Source: an uncultured Candidatus Saccharibacteria bacterium (GTDB taxonomy: Bacteria; Patescibacteriota; Minisyncoccia; Phycocordibacterales; SBAW01). From it: DNA of 64,000 bases. A model generated the notes under the pieces. The model did no database searches, was not told the origin of the DNA, and saw nothing but the letters and a program-made list of their open reading frames with translations. The stretch's first letter is position 1. Every line of letters starts with the position of its first letter. The stretch is from NCBI GenBank assembly GCA_964566795.1, contig CAZMIU010000001.1, forward strand, positions 214,789-278,788, written 5' to 3'. Both the position numbers and the translations under genes were made by a program. Of the stretch, positions 42,848-52,439 are shown piece after piece.

Positions 42848-44611
42848 CTAGCGACAGGCGGTATTAACATAACTTACAGCGTTTGGGGGGACTCCTCCTG
42901 CTTTTATCACGTTGCCTGCACCCTGGAAGTAAGCTGCCGCAGTTATCTGGCACTCGCCGTACTGTTGGCGCAGCGAGGCAAGTGCAGGCAGAGTGCGCAT
43001 TTGCTCTATATATTGCACACCGAGCCTGGTCCCCAACTGCGTGTCGTTTTCGAGAGTCTGTATAACCGGCGCACACTGCGGCCTGATGCTGTTGCGGCTC
43101 GCCAAGCAAGCACCGCAACTGTCTGATATCGAGGAATCCATGCCACATGCGGTTGTAGCCAGCACCTGCATGCAGCCCGCGGCGCCTGTGTTGCTTGTTG
43201 TGCAGTTGCGACCTCCGCTCGACTCATTCATTGCAATTTTTGTCGCTAAAGCACAGTTGCCCCCATTTATCTGGACACAGGCCGCCTGTAGTTCTGCCGC
43301 CATGTTTGGATTGCTAATCCTGCCCTGAGTACGAGCCTCTACCCAGTCGTCGGGATTGTTGGGGTTCTCGCAGTAACCCCCTTCTTCGCTCGTATACGTG
43401 TACCCCGACGGGCATACTGACCCTCCGGATGAGCCCCCGGCACCGTAACTTGTGCCAGAGCCTACTGTGCTGTTGCCAACCGATACACTCACGCCGCAAT
43501 TAGAGTAGGTACATTCGCCAGTCGTGTTGTCGGTACAACCGCCAATTGCCGAGCTGTATGACGATCCGTTGGGACACATTTGGCCTGTTACCGGCACCCC
43601 GGCGCCGGGGTTTACACCGCAGTTTGAGAACGTACATTCATTTGTCGTGCTGTCTACACATCCGCCTAAAGACGACTGGAATATTGACCCGCTCGGACAT
43701 AACGGATTGTTGTATACAGGGTCGCTTGGTGGAGCCACGTTGGTATACCCCGAGAGGGTCGGGAGCGAGGTGTTGAGATAGTCCTTAATGCTCATGTTGT
43801 ACAGGCGCGCACCGCGTACTGCCCTGCAGTCGAGCGTGCGCCAGTCCCACGTGCCAAGCTGGCCCCCCTTCATGAGCATGTTCATGACCGTGTTTACCAG
43901 AGCCCACACGCTCACAATTATCAAAAACCCAATCAGCACAGTCTTAAATATCTTTTTGGCCGCATTGATATGCTCTGCCACGCCACGCGCGGCAAACAGC
44001 CTGATGCCCGCCCAGGCAAACAGGAGTGCCGCAGCCGGGACGCTGAGCCCCAACAAAAAGTTGGCGATGTTTTGTATAAGCTGTGCCAGCGAGCACAGGT
44101 CGCAGTTGGCTACCGTATTTTTGCCGCGGCACTCGGCGGGCACAATGCCGCCCACAAACCCGTTACCGGTTGGGGCTGTAAGCCCTCCGGTTGGCGCAGC
44201 AGGCACTACAACATTGGGCTGTGGGGCCGGCGTTGTGGGCACGCCGGTGCCGGTGCCGGTGGTCCCAGTGCCTGTAGCCCCGCCACCCCCCGAGCCACCG
44301 CCGGCACTTACAACAACTGCCGTGCGGCACACAACAGAGCCCCCGGGGCCCGTAAAGCTCGCGGCGTAGGTGGTGTTTTTACCCGGCACCACGTAGGCAA
44401 ACCCGGCCGATGGGATAGGCCCCACCTCGTTGAGGTAGCCGGCAGATGCGTTCTTACTTGTCCAGTCGAGACGCACACGGGTGTTGGGCGCCACGGTTGC
44501 GGCGCTTGCAAACAAGGTGCAGGTTGGCGCGGGCGCTGTCTGGCTTTGCGCTGATGCAAAAGTAGGCGCAACAAGCGCCAAAACAAGCAGGAGCCTCGCG
44601 AAGGCCTTCAT
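42848..44611 (-). CDS. Secreted fusion: Ig-like domain, VirB2/TrbC-like pilin domain, Cys-rich repeats and SLT-like lytic transglycosylase
   Basis: CDLCSLAQLIQNIANFL..AGIRL..AKKIFKTVLIGFLII pilin; CPxGxxY repeats; NESSGG..GAAGCMQV..AAAYFQG. Confidence 0.75.
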   Translation of the reverse strand: MKAFARLLLVLALVAPTFASAQSQTAPAPTCTLFASAATVAPNTRVRLDWTSKNASAGYLNEVGPIPSAGFAYVVPGKNTTYAASFTGPGGSVVCRTAVVVSAGGGSGGGGATGTGTTGTGTGVPTTPAPQPNVVVPAAPTGGLTAPTGNGFVGGIVPAECRGKNTVANCDLCSLAQLIQNIANFLLGLSVPAAALLFAWAGIRLFAARGVAEHINAAKKIFKTVLIGFLIIVSVWALVNTVMNMLMKGGQLGTWDWRTLDCRAVRGARLYNMSIKDYLNTSLPTLSGYTNVAPPSDPVYNNPLCPSGSIFQSSLGGCVDSTTNECTFSNCGVNPGAGVPVTGQMCPNGSSYSSAIGGCTDNTTGECTYSNCGVSVSVGNSTVGSGTSYGAGGSSGGSVCPSGYTYTSEEGGYCENPNNPDDWVEARTQGRISNPNMAAELQAACVQINGGNCALATKIAMNESSGGRNCTTSNTGAAGCMQVLATTACGMDSSISDSCGACLASRNSIRPQCAPVIQTLENDTQLGTRLGVQYIEQMRTLPALASLRQQYGECQITAAAYFQGAGNVIKAGGVPPNAVSYVNTACR

Positions 44612-44692
44612 GCTTCAATCATACCCTGGGTTTTTGCGCCAAGGGCCAAAATATTGTACTGTTGTGGAGTACAAGCCTCGAGCTTTGCACAT

Positions 44693-44779
44693 GCGTCGGT
44701 GGCGGAGTGGTCAATCGCAACTGGCTGTAAACCAGTCGCCCTTGCGGCTACGTAGGTTCGAATCCTACCCGGCGCACCA
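44693..44779 (+). tRNA. tRNA-Tyr(GTA)
   Basis: ACTGG-CTGTAAA-CCAGT, long variable arm, GGTTCGAATCC, encoded CCA. Confidence 0.95.
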
Positions 44780-44810
44780 AATAAAAAATCCCCTCACAGG
44801 GGATTTTTTA

Positions 44811-47507
44811 TTATGCGGTTTCGTAGACTGTAGTTTTAGAGATCCTGGTGCGGGCAGATTTGCGCACATCGAAGGTAAACTCGCCGTTCTTGACGTCTAC
44901 CGCAATTGAGCCGCCCGAGAGCACGCCGCGGCTGACCATAAGCCCCGCGATCTTTGTCAGGATTTTGTCCTGTATAAGACGGCGCAGGGGGCGCGCGCCA
45001 TAGTGCGGGTTGTAGCCCTCGCGCGAGAGGTACTCATACACGCCCGGGTTTATAGTGAGCGTGATGTCCTTGTGCGCCAGGCGCTCGACAACCTCCTTAA
45101 CCTGGATGCCCACAATATCCCTGATAGCCTCCGGCGAGAGTATGTTAAAGATAATTACCTCGTCGATGCGGTTGAGGAACTCGGGGCGGAAGAAGCTCTT
45201 AAGCGACTCCTGCACCTTTTCCTTGGCCTGGGCGTAGTTAGACTGGTCGCTTGTGTTGGCCGAGAAGCCGATAGACTCCATGCGGTCAATGTACTGCGCG
45301 CCAATGTTGGAGGTCATGATAATTATCGTGTTGCGGAAGTTGACCTTGCGCCCCTTGGAGTCGGTCAGTGTTCCTGCGTCCAGCACCTGGAGCAATATGT
45401 TGAACACCTCCGGGTGCGCCTTCTCTATCTCGTCAAAGAGGAGCACTGAGTACGGCCTGTGGCGCACAAGCTCGGTTAAGGAGCCTCCCTCGTCGTGGCC
45501 CACATAGCCCGGAGGCGCTCCGATAATCTTAGAGACCGAGTGCTTTTCCATATACTCCGACATGTCGACGCGTATAAGCGCCTTGTCGTCGTCAAACATA
45601 AACTCGGCAAGCGCACGGGTGAGCTCGGTCTTGCCCACGCCTGTGGGCCCGAGGAACATAAACGAGGCAATAGGCCTGTTTGGGTCGGCGATGCCCGCGC
45701 GCGAGCGCTTAACAGCGTCGGCTACCTTCTGTACGGCCTCCTTCTGCCCTATCACGCGGGCGCCCAGGTCGTCCTCAATGCGCATTAGCTTTTGCGCCTC
45801 CTCCTCGAGCATCCTCGAGACAGGTATGCCAGTCCACTTGGAGACTACGCCCGCGATGTCGGCCTCGGTAATCTCTTCCTTTAATATGCGGCGGGTCGAC
45901 TGCAGCTTTTTAAGGCGCTTGAGCTTCTGCTCCAATTCGCGCTCCATCGCGGGTATCTCCCCGTAGCGGATCTCGGCCGCGCGGCTCAGCTGCGCCTGGG
46001 CCTCGGCGTTCTCGGCCTCGATGCGCAGCGTCTCAAGCTCTTTTTTAATAGACTTGATGTCGGTCAGAGTGGACTTCTCGTTCTTCCAGCGCGACTCCAG
46101 CTCGTGCGTGGCCTCCTTAAGCTCGGCAATCTCGCGCTCGATAGACTTTACGCGCGTCTTGGCACTGCGGCGTGCCGGGGTGGAGTCTGCATCCTCGGCG
46201 TCTGCCTCCTTCCTCAGAGCCTCCTTCTCTACCTCCAGGCGCATAATCTTGCGGTGCGCATCCTCAAGCGCCGGTGGCTTGTTCTCCAGGCTGATGCGCA
46301 GGCTCGATGCGGCCTCGTCGATAAGGTCTATGGCCTTGTCCGGCAAAAAACGGTCCGGGATATAGCGGCTCGAGAGCTCGACAGCGGCGACGATAGAGTT
46401 GTCTGTAATATGCACGCCGTGGAAGAGCTCATACTTTTCCTTGAGCCCGCGCAGTATAGACACCGCGTCCTCAGTCGACGGCTCTAGTACGTAGACGGGC
46501 TGGAAGCGGCGCTGGAACGCCGGGTCCTTCTCGATATGCTTTTGGTACTCGCGCAAGGTGGTGGCGCCAATCATATGCAGCTCGCCGCGCGCCAATGCGG
46601 GCTTTATCATGTTGGACATGTCGACAGCGCCCTCAGCGGCACCCGCGCCCATCATGGTATGAATCTCGTCGACAAACAGAAGTACTTTGCCGTCGGAGCG
46701 CTCTATCTCTTTCATGATGGCCTTCAAGCGCTCCTCAAACTCGCCGCGGTACTTGGTCCCCGCAATAAGCGAGCCCAAGTCAAGCGACACAAGCTCCTTG
46801 TCGCGCAGGGAGTCCGGCACGTCGCCTATGGCGATACGTGCTGCCAGCCCCTCGGCAATAGCGGTCTTGCCCACCCCCGCCTCGCCAATGAGTATCGGGT
46901 TGTTTTTGGTGCGGCGCGAGAGTATCTGGATAACGCGCTTAATCTCCTCGTCGCGGCCGATAACCGGGTCTATCTTGTTTTGTGCGGCAAGCTGGGTAAG
47001 AGAGCGCGTGTATTTTTGCAGAGCCCTAAACTTTTTCTGGGGCTCCTGAGCAGCCTGCTTGGTTGAGCGCAGGTCCATAAGCGCCCTCGTGATAGCATCG
47101 CGCGTAATCCTAAAGCGGCTCAAAAGCTCGCGTGCCGCGCCCTGCACATCCAAGAGCGCGATAAAAAGGTGCTCGGTAGACACAAACTCGTCGTGGAGCT
47201 CGGTGGCAACCTTGGCGCTTCTCTCAAGCGCCTGCACAAGCTCAGGCGTTAAATACAATTGATATGACGGGCTGAGCGTTGCGCTGCCCGAGGGCCCCTC
47301 CAGGGCCTCGAGCGCCGTGTCGGTCAGGAGTACGAGGTCTACCTCGAGCTTCTCGAGCACCGATGCAACCAGGCTCTCCTCCTGCAAGAGCAGCGCACTT
47401 AAAAGATGGGTCGGTCCCACCTGGTTTTGACCGCGCTCAACAGCGAGCTCGTGGGCTCGCCTGACCGCCTCTTTTGCTTTTGTAGTGAAGTGATTGAATG
47501 GAGGCAT
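44811..47507 (-). CDS. clpB: ATP-dependent chaperone ClpB
   Basis: Clp N domain, GEAGVGKT, long M-domain coiled coil, [23 protein letters not shown]. Confidence 0.93.
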   Translation of the reverse strand: MPPFNHFTTKAKEAVRRAHELAVERGQNQVGPTHLLSALLLQEESLVASVLEKLEVDLVLLTDTALEALEGPSGSATLSPSYQLYLTPELVQALERSAKVATELHDEFVSTEHLFIALLDVQGAARELLSRFRITRDAITRALMDLRSTKQAAQEPQKKFRALQKYTRSLTQLAAQNKIDPVIGRDEEIKRVIQILSRRTKNNPILIGEAGVGKTAIAEGLAARIAIGDVPDSLRDKELVSLDLGSLIAGTKYRGEFEERLKAIMKEIERSDGKVLLFVDEIHTMMGAGAAEGAVDMSNMIKPALARGELHMIGATTLREYQKHIEKDPAFQRRFQPVYVLEPSTEDAVSILRGLKEKYELFHGVHITDNSIVAAVELSSRYIPDRFLPDKAIDLIDEAASSLRISLENKPPALEDAHRKIMRLEVEKEALRKEADAEDADSTPARRSAKTRVKSIEREIAELKEATHELESRWKNEKSTLTDIKSIKKELETLRIEAENAEAQAQLSRAAEIRYGEIPAMERELEQKLKRLKKLQSTRRILKEEITEADIAGVVSKWTGIPVSRMLEEEAQKLMRIEDDLGARVIGQKEAVQKVADAVKRSRAGIADPNRPIASFMFLGPTGVGKTELTRALAEFMFDDDKALIRVDMSEYMEKHSVSKIIGAPPGYVGHDEGGSLTELVRHRPYSVLLFDEIEKAHPEVFNILLQVLDAGTLTDSKGRKVNFRNTIIIMTSNIGAQYIDRMESIGFSANTSDQSNYAQAKEKVQESLKSFFRPEFLNRIDEVIIFNILSPEAIRDIVGIQVKEVVERLAHKDITLTINPGVYEYLSREGYNPHYGARPLRRLIQDKILTKIAGLMVSRGVLSGGSIAVDVKNGEFTFDVRKSARTRISKTTVYETA

Positions 47508-47528
47508 GAGTAGTATGTCGCTTAGCTC

Positions 47529-48317
47529 TTAAGAGGGCGTCGCCAAACTCTGGTCCGGAACACTGTAGAAGGTTGCTGAGGTTGCACGGGATGCCCCTGT
47601 CGAGATGCCCACCACCTCGCCAAAGAGCGTCATGACAAGCGAGCCGGGTGTTGCAGATGATACGCTCGCCTCGATGACGCCCGGGTGAGCGTCAGTGAGC
47701 GATGCCACCACGCCGGTTGCAACAGTGTCTGCCCCGCCGCCGCCTATGCGTATGACGGACTGGCCCAGCTGTACTTTCGTCGTGTCGGCAAATGGGGCTG
47801 CGGCAACCGTTGTCGTGCCAAGCGCCACATCAAACACCGCAAGCGCCTGACCCTTGGTGGCCGGCCTGAGCACTGCCGTGTAGCGCTTGCCGTCCGGCAA
47901 AAACGCCTCAAACTGGCGGACGCCCGATGCTGTTATGGCATCGCGGTCTGCAAGCACGACCCCCGACGGGCTCACGACAACGCCGCGGCTAATAAGGAGC
48001 GATCCTCCCTTGGCCACGATGCGCACCACAGACTGCTGCATCCGGGCTATAGACTGCGCCGCAAGGTCATCGTCTTTAACAACGACAGTGCGCTCTGTCA
48101 CGGTCTCTGGCTTGCTGGTTGCCACTGCGGCACCCTGGCTTGCGGGGACCACCCTCTCAACCGTGTGCTCAACAATCTGGTTTATCGTGCGGGTCACCTC
48201 CGGCGGTGCCTGGTTAACCAGGGACACGGTCACGATACCGGTGGCAATGGACGTAACAAAGCTCACCAAGAGCGTTAGAAGGACTATCTGGTGTTTGGTG
48301 AGTTGCTCGAGGTCCAT
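47529..48317 (-). CDS. Membrane-anchored trypsin-like (HtrA-type) protein with degenerate catalytic motifs
   Basis: MDLEQLTKHQIVLLTLLVSFVTSIATGIVT; SVVRI, GVVVSPSG; His and Ser motifs replaced by LADRD and ATPGS. Confidence 0.7.
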   Translation of the reverse strand: MDLEQLTKHQIVLLTLLVSFVTSIATGIVTVSLVNQAPPEVTRTINQIVEHTVERVVPASQGAAVATSKPETVTERTVVVKDDDLAAQSIARMQQSVVRIVAKGGSLLISRGVVVSPSGVVLADRDAITASGVRQFEAFLPDGKRYTAVLRPATKGQALAVFDVALGTTTVAAAPFADTTKVQLGQSVIRIGGGGADTVATGVVASLTDAHPGVIEASVSSATPGSLVMTLFGEVVGISTGASRATSATFYSVPDQSLATPS

Positions 48318-48330
48318 TAGGCCTATTCTA

Positions 48331-49497
48331 CTATTTCCGGTACCTATTGGCAATTTCTGCCAATGCTTGTGCAATGCGGCGCGCCTCTCCCGCTGTGGCA
48401 TCTGGCAAAAGCGTAATCCGCACAGCCTCCGCCGCTGTTTTTTTGTCCACCCCCAGCGCCAGCAAAACATAGCTGGGCTCCTCGTCGTCTGTGGAGCAGG
48501 CACTGCGTGTGGAGATTGCTATGCCCGCCGCATCCATTGCCACCACGCACATCTGGCCATCAAGCCCCGGGATTGAAAAGTTGAGGTTGTTTGGAGCGCG
48601 GTTCCAGCTATCAAGATCTGGACCGTGGAGCACGGCGTCTGGCAGGAGCTTTTTAATTTCTGCCCACAGATAGTCGCGTACCGCCGCCACTTTTTTAGCG
48701 CGCTTTGCCGCGCCACTTTGCGCATCTACCAGAGCTGTGGCAAACGCCGCAATGAGGGGGGCGTTCTCTGTGCCGGCGCGCTTGCCATGCTCTTGCCCGC
48801 CGCCCCAGATAATCGGATCTATAAGCGTTCCTCTCTTTATATACAAACACCCTACACCTTTTGGCCCGCCAATTTTCTGCGCATCGAGCGTCATCATGTC
48901 CACACCAAGCGCCTCTACCTTAAGCTCGTACCATAGCGGTGCTTGCGAGGCGTCTACATGAAAAAGCGGCTGTACCTTGCCGCGGCGTATAGCCTTGGCA
49001 ATGTCGCGCACCGACTGCACCGCGCCTATCTCGCTGTTTATAAGCTGTACAGATACAAGCGCGGTGTCTGCGCGCATGGCCTCTGCCACCGCGTTGGGGA
49101 ACAGATATCCATTTGGCTCAACATCTGCAACAGCAAGCACAAGCCCCTCGCGCTCAAGTGCGTTAAGCGGTGCGAGTACCGACTGGTGCTCTACAACGCT
49201 CGTGACTGCGCTCAGCTTCTCACCTAGCGTAAGCCGTGGGCCCAAAGTGCCTGTAATTGCCAGGTTGTTGGCCTCGGTGCCACTGGCCACAAACACAATC
49301 TCGTCGGCGTGCGCGCCAATCGCCTTGGCAACCGCGGCACGGGCCCTGTCAATCTCCTTTTTAGCCAGGAGCGCCTCGGCGTGGAGCGCACCGGGGTTGC
49401 CATAGAGCTCAAGCACCCTGACCAGCTCCTTTTTTGCACGGCGAGAGAGCGGGGTCGATGAGGCAGCATCTGCGTAAATCCGCTTTTTCCAAAACAT
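48331..49497 (-). CDS. iscS: Cysteine desulfurase (IscS/NifS family)
   Basis: YADAASSTP, SGTEANN, EHQSV, HVDASQ, AQKIGGPKG, RAGTEN, STRSACS. Confidence 0.88.
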   Translation of the reverse strand: MFWKKRIYADAASSTPLSRRAKKELVRVLELYGNPGALHAEALLAKKEIDRARAAVAKAIGAHADEIVFVASGTEANNLAITGTLGPRLTLGEKLSAVTSVVEHQSVLAPLNALEREGLVLAVADVEPNGYLFPNAVAEAMRADTALVSVQLINSEIGAVQSVRDIAKAIRRGKVQPLFHVDASQAPLWYELKVEALGVDMMTLDAQKIGGPKGVGCLYIKRGTLIDPIIWGGGQEHGKRAGTENAPLIAAFATALVDAQSGAAKRAKKVAAVRDYLWAEIKKLLPDAVLHGPDLDSWNRAPNNLNFSIPGLDGQMCVVAMDAAGIAISTRSACSTDDEEPSYVLLALGVDKKTAAEAVRITLLPDATAGEARRIAQALAEIANRYRK

Positions 49498-49506
49498 ATA
49501 TAAAGG

Positions 49507-49514
49507 AGTATACT
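49507..49514. promoter_or_regulatory. Palindromic bidirectional -10 element
   Basis: AGTATACT gives TATACT on both strands, 9 nt before the iscS ATG and 6 nt before the 49521 ATG. Confidence 0.55.
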
Positions 49515-49520
49515 ACCCGC

Positions 49521-50048
49521 ATGTCTGCCTCAGCGCTATACCCCTATTTTGTCGTGGCCAAAACATATCTTGGCCTGGCTGCGCCCTACATGGCACTCCT
49601 GGCGCTCATACTCGCCATCGTCCTTTTGTTTGTGCATGTGTCTTTGCGCCGCAGGCTTGCCCGCCTGGCACTCGGCCGCAACGGCTCTATAGAGGAGACG
49701 CTTAGCATACTCATGCGGGACATGAAGGAGTTTAAGGAGTTTAGGCAGGAACTCGAGAAGTATTTAAAGCTCGCAGAAAGCAGGCTGCGCGGTGCAGTAT
49801 CGGGGGTGGGTATTGTGCGCTTCAACCCGTTTACCGGCGAGGGCCAGGGAGGCAACCAGAGCTTTGCCCTATGCATGCTTGATGAGCATGGTGCTGGCGT
49901 GGTACTCTCGACTCTCTACTCGCGCGACCGTGTGGGCGTCTACGCCAAGCCACTCCAGGCCTTTGCATCGACCTACGAGCTCTCAGACGAGGAAAAGCAG
50001 GCTATCGAGCGTGCCCGCGAGCAGCTTACAGCGCACCGCAAAGCTTAA
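49521..50048 (+). CDS. DUF4446-family protein
   Basis: N-terminal TM and coiled coil; VGIVRFNPF..GGNQSF..LD..GVVLS..YAKP..LSDEE. Confidence 0.8.
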   Translation: MSASALYPYFVVAKTYLGLAAPYMALLALILAIVLLFVHVSLRRRLARLALGRNGSIEETLSILMRDMKEFKEFRQELEKYLKLAESRLRGAVSGVGIVRFNPFTGEGQGGNQSFALCMLDEHGAGVVLSTLYSRDRVGVYAKPLQAFASTYELSDEEKQAIERAREQLTAHRKA

Positions 50049-50052
50049 CTAT

Positions 50053-51558
50053 ATGACAACCACCGCTACTCACTCGGGCACACGCCCACCTATTGTTGCC
50101 GTTGTCGGCCATATCGACCATGGCAAATCGACCCTGCTCGACTACATCAGGAAGAGCAACGTCGTTGAGGGTGAGGCAGGCGGCATTACCCAGCACCTCT
50201 CGGCCTACCAGGCCACGCACGAGAACGCCTCAGGGAAACACCTCATCACCTTTTTGGATACGCCGGGGCACGCGGCGTTTGTAGGCATGCGCTCGCGCGG
50301 GCTCGAAGTGGCCGATGTTGCTATCCTGGTGGTCTCAAGCGAGGAGGGCGTTAAGCCCCAGACCGTCGAGGCGCTCGATTTGATAAAAAGCGCAGGGATC
50401 CCCTACATTGTCGCCTTTACAAAAATAGACAAGCCGGGCGCCAACCTTGAGCGCGCCAAGATGTCTATGCTCGAGCATCAGATATTTTTGGAGGGGCTGG
50501 GTGGTGATGTTGCGTGGGTGGGAGTCTCGGGCAAGAGCGGCCAGGGGTTGCCCGAGCTTCTCGATTTGATATTGCTTGCGGCAGAGCTTGAGGAGGTTGC
50601 CGCAGATGCGTCTAAGCCCGGAGAGGGTCTTATTATCGAGGCGCATACCGACATGAAGCGCGGCAACACCGCAACACTCATCGTGCTTGATGGCAGCGTT
50701 GCCGCGGGCTCGTATGTGGTTGCCGGTGCATGCACCGCGCCCGTGCGCATAATGGAGAATTTTCTAGGTAAGCCTATTAAAGAGGCTAAGCCCTCCGACC
50801 CGATACGCATCGTGGGCTTTTCTCCCCTGCCTGCGGTGGGCACGCGCTTTGTCGTAGTGGGGAGCAAAAAAGAGGCAGAGGCCCTGGCCACCCTGGCACA
50901 GACCACCGCCAAGAGGCCCGGCGCTTCCGCTGCAGTGTCCGAGAACACGGTGGTGCTTCCTCTTATCATTAAGACCGACGTTGCGGGCACCGGCGAAGCT
51001 GTGGAGCACGAGTTGGCCAAAATGCAGAAGTTCGAGAACCTGGAGGTGCGCGTGGTATTGCGCAGCGTGGGCGCAATCTCTGAGGGAGACATAAAAATGC
51101 TCGCGGGCAGCGCCACCCCGGGCATTGTGGTGGGCTTTAATGTAAAGGTAGACGCAGCCGCGCGCGAGCTTGCCGAGCGCCAGGGCGTTACCATCGAGAC
51201 GTTCGACATCATCTATAAACTCACCGAATGGCTCACCGAGGTGCTGGAGCAGCGCCGCCCGCGCCAGGAGGTGGAGCAGATACTGGGTGCCGCTAAGGTG
51301 CTGAAGTTCTTTAGCGCACAGAGCGGCAAGGTAGTCCTCGGCGGCCGCGTTGAGGAGGGTACGCTTGCCGAGGGCGCAGAGGTGCGCATCATGCGCCGCG
51401 AGGTAGACATTGGCCGCGGCAAGATTGTGTCACTCCAGACCGGCAAGAACCCGCAGAAAAAGGTGGAGGAGGGTCAGGAGTTTGGCTCTATGATAAAAAC
51501 AGAGGCGCTGCCCGCCGCGGGCGACAGGCTCGAGGTGGTAACCAAGGTGCTCGCATAA
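50053..51558 (+). CDS. infB: Translation initiation factor IF-2 (no N-terminal extension)
   Basis: RPPIVAVVGHIDHGKSTLLD, EAGGITQH, DTPGH, TKID. Confidence 0.95.
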   Translation: MTTTATHSGTRPPIVAVVGHIDHGKSTLLDYIRKSNVVEGEAGGITQHLSAYQATHENASGKHLITFLDTPGHAAFVGMRSRGLEVADVAILVVSSEEGVKPQTVEALDLIKSAGIPYIVAFTKIDKPGANLERAKMSMLEHQIFLEGLGGDVAWVGVSGKSGQGLPELLDLILLAAELEEVAADASKPGEGLIIEAHTDMKRGNTATLIVLDGSVAAGSYVVAGACTAPVRIMENFLGKPIKEAKPSDPIRIVGFSPLPAVGTRFVVVGSKKEAEALATLAQTTAKRPGASAAVSENTVVLPLIIKTDVAGTGEAVEHELAKMQKFENLEVRVVLRSVGAISEGDIKMLAGSATPGIVVGFNVKVDAAARELAERQGVTIETFDIIYKLTEWLTEVLEQRRPRQEVEQILGAAKVLKFFSAQSGKVVLGGRVEEGTLAEGAEVRIMRREVDIGRGKIVSLQTGKNPQKKVEEGQEFGSMIKTEALPAAGDRLEVVTKVLA

Positions 51559-51561
51559 TAT

Positions 51562-51876
51562 ATGTCACAACGTCAGGAACAAATGCAGGAGAGACTCAGA
51601 GAGGTTGCTGCGGAGTTTTTGGCGCGCGAGTCTAACCGCCAATCACTCGTTACGGTTACCGCTGCCGACATTGACGAGGGTGGTAGACGCGGCCGCATCT
51701 ACATCACCGTGCTGCCGGATGACTACGAAGAGCAGGCGCTCGAGTTTGCAAACCGCAACCGCCACGAGTTTGGCAAGTTTTTTGAGTCTCGGGTACGCGG
51801 CATGCGCATACCGCACATAGAGTTTGTGCTCGACCGCGGCGAGAAGATGCGCCAGCGCCTGGACGAGTTGTCGTAA
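51562..51876 (+). CDS. rbfA: Ribosome-binding factor A
   Basis: Directly after infB; LVTVT..RIPHIEFVLD. Confidence 0.85.
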   Translation: MSQRQEQMQERLREVAAEFLARESNRQSLVTVTAADIDEGGRRGRIYITVLPDDYEEQALEFANRNRHEFGKFFESRVRGMRIPHIEFVLDRGEKMRQRLDELS

Positions 51877-51883
51877 CTTTTTG

Positions 51884-51956
51884 TGCGCCTACCTGGGCTC
51901 GAACCAGGGACCATCTCCTTAAGAGGGAGTTGCTCTACCAACTGAGCTATAGGCGC
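51884..51956 (-). tRNA. tRNA-Lys(CTT)
   Basis: GCGCCTATAGCTCAGTTGGTAGAGC..CTCTTAA loop..GGTTCGAGCC. Confidence 0.93.
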
Positions 51957-52011
51957 ATGAGCGAACAGAACAGTAATACCATACCCCAAAAAACTCTTTC
52001 CTTCAATCTTG

Positions 52012-52094
52012 TGCCGAGGGTGGGAGTCGAACCCACACGACCTTGCGGTCAGGGGAGTTTAAGTCCCCGCTGTCTACCATTCCATCACCTCGGC
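52012..52094 (-). tRNA. tRNA-Leu(TAA)
   Basis: GGGGA-CTTAAAC-TCCCC, long variable arm, GGTTCGACTCC. Confidence 0.93.
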
Positions 52095-52134
52095 GTTTCC
52101 TATTTGTATCACAAATGGTAGATTGATGAAGTCT

Positions 52135-52206
52135 GGCCACGTAGCCAAGTAGAAAGGCGCGGGACTGCAAATCCTGTATGCGCGGGTGCGATTCCCGCCG
52201 TGGCCT
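52135..52206 (+). tRNA. tRNA-Cys(GCA)
   Basis: GGCCACG/CGTGGCC plus T discriminator; CGGGA-CTGCAAA-TCCTG. Confidence 0.9.
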
Positions 52207-52221
52207 CAAGGTACTAGGTAT

Positions 52222-52303
52222 GCTGGGGTGGCGAAATTGGTAGACGCACCTGCCTTAGGAGCAGGCCCCGCAAGGGATGGAGGTTCAAGTCCTCTCCCCA
52301 GCA
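52222..52303 (+). tRNA. tRNA-Leu(TAG)
   Basis: CCTGC-CTTAGGA-GCAGG, long variable arm, GGTTCAAGTCC. Confidence 0.94.
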
Positions 52304-52349
52304 CAACGGTCAATAGGTAAAAAAGCCCTTATTTAAAGGGCTTTTTTAC

Positions 52350-52377
52350 TTGACAAATGGGCCAGATATGCTATAAT
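52350..52377 (+). promoter_or_regulatory. Consensus sigma70 promoter
   Basis: TTGACA-N16-(TG-C)TATAAT. Confidence 0.75.
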
Positions 52378-52439
52378 AGATGAGAAGGTTGGCTCACCCA
52401 GAGCCGCCACACTTCTTCGACAACCCAAAGGGGCACATA

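Noticed and set aside
52180-52196. Non-canonical TGC T-loop in tRNA-Cys suggesting a pseudogene
   Set aside because: All stems are intact and this variant is tolerated in bacterial tRNA-Cys
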